A DNA stretch of 64,000 bases from a virus, in the IMG/VR virus record IMGVR_UViG_3300029305_000264, positions 32,001 through 96,000 of that record; one strand, written 5' to 3'. Of the stretch, positions 60,873 through 64,000 are shown one piece after another. The translations under genes were made by a program, and so were the position numbers. Numbering within the stretch: position 1 is the first letter of the stretch; each line of letters starts with the position of its first letter. The notes under the pieces are model-generated. The model made no database searches and was not told where the DNA came from. It was given only the letters and a program-made list of their open reading frames with translations.

Positions 60873-60889
60873 AAAAGGAGATTTGAACA

Positions 60890-61288
60890 ATGGGAGAAAC
60901 AAACATTGAAAAAGCTTATGTATTGAGGGAACTTCAGTCAAAGGATGTTTTCCTCATGTCAAGAATCATCAGCAAGATTGGAATCAAGGAATTCAAGTCC
61001 TGCTTTGAAACTGAAGAAGTTCAGAAATTGATCGCAGAAGGTACGGATGCAGCAGCATCTGTTGAAAGAATCGGTCTTTCTGTCATGGTGGACATTGCCG
61101 GGGTTGTATTGTCCAATGTTACACATGCGGAGCAGGACATCTATTCTTTCCTTGCAGATCTTTCCGGGAAGACTGCGAAAGACATTGCAGAACTTGATAT
61201 GGTTGTATTCGCTGAAATGATCATTGATGTGGTGCAGAAGGATCAGTTCAAGGATTTTATCAAGGTTGTTTCAAAATTGTTCAAATAG
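60890..61288 (+). CDS. Tail assembly chaperone (gpG-like)
   Basis: Homologue of 22607-22969. Confidence 0.6.
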   Translation: MGETNIEKAYVLRELQSKDVFLMSRIISKIGIKEFKSCFETEEVQKLIAEGTDAAASVERIGLSVMVDIAGVVLSNVTHAEQDIYSFLADLSGKTAKDIAELDMVVFAEMIIDVVQKDQFKDFIKVVSKLFK

Positions 61289-61302
61289 GGGAATTCAAAT
61301 TC

Positions 61303-61584
61303 ATGGACTTGCTATTCAAAAGATATGCAAGTCCATTTTTGTTGTTAGACCAATATATTTCTTCCGGGATGTTGTGTGAATTCATCATCGACTTCATGAA
61401 CATCCAAAATGAAGAAGCTATGTGGGATGTATGGATTCACAAGGTATTTGAACAGTCCTTCGATGAATACAAAGAAAAAGTATTCGCACATGCAAGGAAT
61501 GCTGTGAAACCTACAAAACAACAGCTTGAAACAACCATCAGAACATCACAACAAATTTTGAATTCCTTTGTTCCTGAAGAATAG
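61303..61584 (+). CDS. Tail assembly chaperone second part (gpT-like)
   Basis: MDLLFKRYASPFLLLDQY. In the -1 frame relative to 60890-61288, open from 61228. I saw no canonical heptamer in the overlap. Confidence 0.5.
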   Translation: MDLLFKRYASPFLLLDQYISSGMLCEFIIDFMNIQNEEAMWDVWIHKVFEQSFDEYKEKVFAHARNAVKPTKQQLETTIRTSQQILNSFVPEE

Positions 61585-61596
61585 AAAGGGAAAAGC

Positions 61597-63504
61597 ATGG
61601 AACTGTTCAGATTGTTTGGCACTATTGCCATCGACAATACAGAAGCGAACCATGCAATTGATGACACAGCAGAAAGGGCGAACAATTCACAGGACACTAT
61701 CAACAGTGCTTTTGGTGGAATTGGAAAGGCTGTTGTGTCAGCAGGCAAGATGATTGCAGGTGCAGGATTGGCCATTGGTGGATCCATCCTTGCAGTCACA
61801 GAAAGTACAAGAGATTATCGGGCAGAAATGGGATTGCTTGTTTCTGCCTATCAGACAGCAGGCCACAGTTCAGAAGTGGCAAAAAACACCTATTCTGATT
61901 TGAATGCAGTCATGGGTGATTCCGGTGCAGCTGTTGAAGCAGCACAGCACCTTTCATTGATTGCTGACAATGAATCGGAATTGAATGACATGACACACAC
62001 CTTGACCGGAGTTTATGCGACTTTCGGGGCATCATTGCCATTGGAAGGGTTGAGCGAAGCAATCAATCACAGCAGTTCTTTGGGAGAGGTACAGGGATCC
62101 TTGGCCGATGCATTGGAATGGTCCGGAATCACTGTTGATGACTTCAATGCACAGCTTGCAGAGTGTTCAACAGAGGAAGAAAGACAAGATCTGATCATGA
62201 AAACCTTACGGAACACATATGGCAAGGCTGCGGATCAGTACAAGGAAACCAACAAAGATGTGATGGAAGCAAGAAAGGCACAGGAAAAGCTTTCTGATGC
62301 CTTTGCAGACCTTGGTGCAGTGTTTGAACCAATAGTGACAAATATCAAAGGAAAGATTGCAGACATGGTTGCAGCAGCAGCACCGAAGATCCAGGAACTG
62401 ATTGACAAGATAAAGGATGCAATCACCTGGATCAAGGAGAATGAAAACACAATCCACACATGGGTTGCAGTCATTCTTGGTGCAGCAACATCCATCGGGA
62501 TCTTTCTTCTGATCATGAATTGGGGAACCATTATGACAGCAGCTGCAAAAGCAATCAGCACAGTCAGAAATGCAATCCTTTTATTCAATGCGGCACTTAT
62601 GGCAAATCCGATTGGAATCATTGTGGCACTGCTTGCAGGCCTTGTGGTTGCCTTCATCTATTTATGGAACAATGTTGAACCATTCAGACAGTTTTGGATC
62701 AATCTATGGGAGAAGATACAAGATGCCTGTTCAAAGGCTGCTTCCATACTGAAAACAAAATTCACTGAAATGTATAACAGCATGAAAGAAAAATTTGAAT
62801 CCATGAAGCAGAAGGCAACGGATATTTTCGATAATATCCGGAACACAATTTCTGAAAAAGTACAATCAGCAAAGGACAAGGCTGTTTCAGCTTTCCAATT
62901 GCTGAAATCGGGCCTGATTGATCCGATAGTTTCTGCCAAGAACAAGGTTGTTGAGGTCTTCGGATCCATCTATTCAACAATCAAGGAAAAGATTGAATCG
63001 GCAAGAAATGTGGTTGACAATGCCATCAAGAAAATCAAGGGATTCTTTAACATTGACTTGAAATTCAAGGCAATCAAGATGCCTTCAATCAGTGTGTCAT
63101 GGTCAAAGAAACCTGCAATTCTTGCAAAGGCAGCTGAACTTCTTAACATTCCCGGTGTTCCAAAGTTTTCTGTCAAGTGGAATGCAAAAGGTGGAATATT
63201 TGACAGGCCGACAGTGCTTCCAACGCTTGCAGGATGGCAAGGATTTGGTGAAGCAGGAGCAGAAGCAATCACACCTATTGACACACTTCTTGTGTTCGTC
63301 AGGGAAGCTGTGAAAGCAGAAAATGAACCTGTCATCTATTACATGCAAAGGATCATGTCAATATTGGCTGAATACATGCCACAGCTTGCAGAAAAGGATT
63401 CAAACATCGTTCTTGATGGGAATGCCTTGGTCAGCAGATTGGCACCAAGGATTGATCAGGAATTGGGTATATTATCAAACAGAAAAATGCGTGGGAATGT
63501 ATAA
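61597..63504 (+). CDS. Tape measure protein 1
   Basis: 635 aa. MELFRLFGTIAIDNTEANHAIDDT.. The N-terminal half closely matches 23288-25291. Confidence 0.8.
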   Translation: MELFRLFGTIAIDNTEANHAIDDTAERANNSQDTINSAFGGIGKAVVSAGKMIAGAGLAIGGSILAVTESTRDYRAEMGLLVSAYQTAGHSSEVAKNTYSDLNAVMGDSGAAVEAAQHLSLIADNESELNDMTHTLTGVYATFGASLPLEGLSEAINHSSSLGEVQGSLADALEWSGITVDDFNAQLAECSTEEERQDLIMKTLRNTYGKAADQYKETNKDVMEARKAQEKLSDAFADLGAVFEPIVTNIKGKIADMVAAAAPKIQELIDKIKDAITWIKENENTIHTWVAVILGAATSIGIFLLIMNWGTIMTAAAKAISTVRNAILLFNAALMANPIGIIVALLAGLVVAFIYLWNNVEPFRQFWINLWEKIQDACSKAASILKTKFTEMYNSMKEKFESMKQKATDIFDNIRNTISEKVQSAKDKAVSAFQLLKSGLIDPIVSAKNKVVEVFGSIYSTIKEKIESARNVVDNAIKKIKGFFNIDLKFKAIKMPSISVSWSKKPAILAKAAELLNIPGVPKFSVKWNAKGGIFDRPTVLPTLAGWQGFGEAGAEAITPIDTLLVFVREAVKAENEPVIYYMQRIMSILAEYMPQLAEKDSNIVLDGNALVSRLAPRIDQELGILSNRKMRGNV

Positions 63505-63512
63505 ACCACGAT

Positions 63513-63540
63513 AATGAACAAAAGAAGGGGGTGAATCCCT
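63513..63540 (+). promoter_or_regulatory. 28-nt block identical to 25322-25349
   Basis: AATGAACAAAAGAAGGGGGTGAATCCCT immediately before the TMP2 ATG. Confidence 0.45.
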
Positions 63541-63541
63541 G

Positions 63542-64000
63542 ATGGAACTTTTTAAGATATTCGGAAAGATTGCTATTGATAACAGTGAAGCAGTTGAGAA
63601 TATAGAAGAAACTTCGGAAAAGGCAGGCAAATTTGCGGAAGGTCTGAAGAAGGGTGCAGGAGTTGCTGCAAAGTTTGGCACAGCGGTTGTTGGTGGAACA
63701 CTTGCGGCAGGTGCTGCATTGACCGGAATTGCATCTTCTGCTGCATCCAATGCAGATGAAATCGACAAAATGTCAGCAAAGATTGGTATGTCAAAACAGG
63801 CATATCAGGAATGGTCCTATGTATTAGGACAGAATGGAATGGATGTCAATGGCCTTCAGATGGGAATGAAGACACTTGTGGCACAGATGGATGGTGCTGC
63901 AAGCGGTACGGAAAAAAGTGTTGAATTGTTTGAAGCATTAGGTGTTAGCATCTACGATTCCAACGGAGCAATGAAGAATCAGGAAGACATGTTCAAGGAA
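63542..64000 (+). CDS. Tape measure protein 2 (5' partial, runs off the window)
   Basis: MELFKIFGKIAIDNSEAVENIEET... ADEIDKMSAKIGMSKQAYQEWSYVLGQNGMD (TP901-type TMP core). Open to the window end. Not in the ORF track because there is no stop. Confidence 0.75.
   Translation, partial: MELFKIFGKIAIDNSEAVENIEETSEKAGKFAEGLKKGAGVAAKFGTAVVGGTLAAGAALTGIASSAASNADEIDKMSAKIGMSKQAYQEWSYVLGQNGMDVNGLQMGMKTLVAQMDGAASGTEKSVELFEALGVSIYDSNGAMKNQEDMFKE

Larger units (their letters stand above)
39523..64000. mobile_element. Prophage 2 (truncated by window end; left boundary uncertain, could include 38941-39522)
   Basis: Second complete lysogeny, early, packaging, head and tail gene series, syntenic with prophage 1. 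Confidence 0.8.

Noticed and set aside
1-64000. tRNA, rRNA or other canonical RNA genes
   Set aside because: I saw no T-loop/acceptor-like or rRNA-like sequences. The intergenic space is small and is accounted for by promoters, hairpins and leaders.

Overview
The window holds two temperate siphovirus-type prophages of a low-GC Firmicute (Clostridia-like codon usage), arranged head to tail. Nearly all genes are on the + strand. Each unit starts with a minus-strand large serine integrase (64-1497 and 39638-41149). Then come a micro-ORF, an XRE repressor, a cro-like gene with phage-specific operator palindromes, and recombination and replication genes. Next is a Zn-ribbon plus ThyX-like gene pair, a late leader with two tandem terminators, then terS-terL-portal-MuF, scaffold-capsid, connectors, major tail, chaperones and two tandem tape-measure genes. 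Prophage 1 continues through tail-tip, fibre and lysis genes to about 38.9 kb. Prophage 2 runs off the window inside its second tape-measure gene. The points most worth a second look are: a MuF head protein with an extra Cys/His C-terminal domain plus a small downstream ORF (polymorphic-toxin/immunity-like); a second holin-lysin cassette inside the head module; a ThyX-like protein with a degenerate signature that is about 98% conserved between otherwise diverged phages; duplicated tape measures and two tail-tip gene sets; iteron arrays inside both replisome-organizer genes; a GIY-YIG homing endonuclease inserted in the late leader; and a sharp compositional break, with no GGATCC in the first 31.8 kb and at least 33 afterwards. 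That break suggests prophage 1 is chimeric. Protein-family names are recalled from motif-level resemblance only, with no searches run. I saw no rRNA, tRNA or CRISPR.
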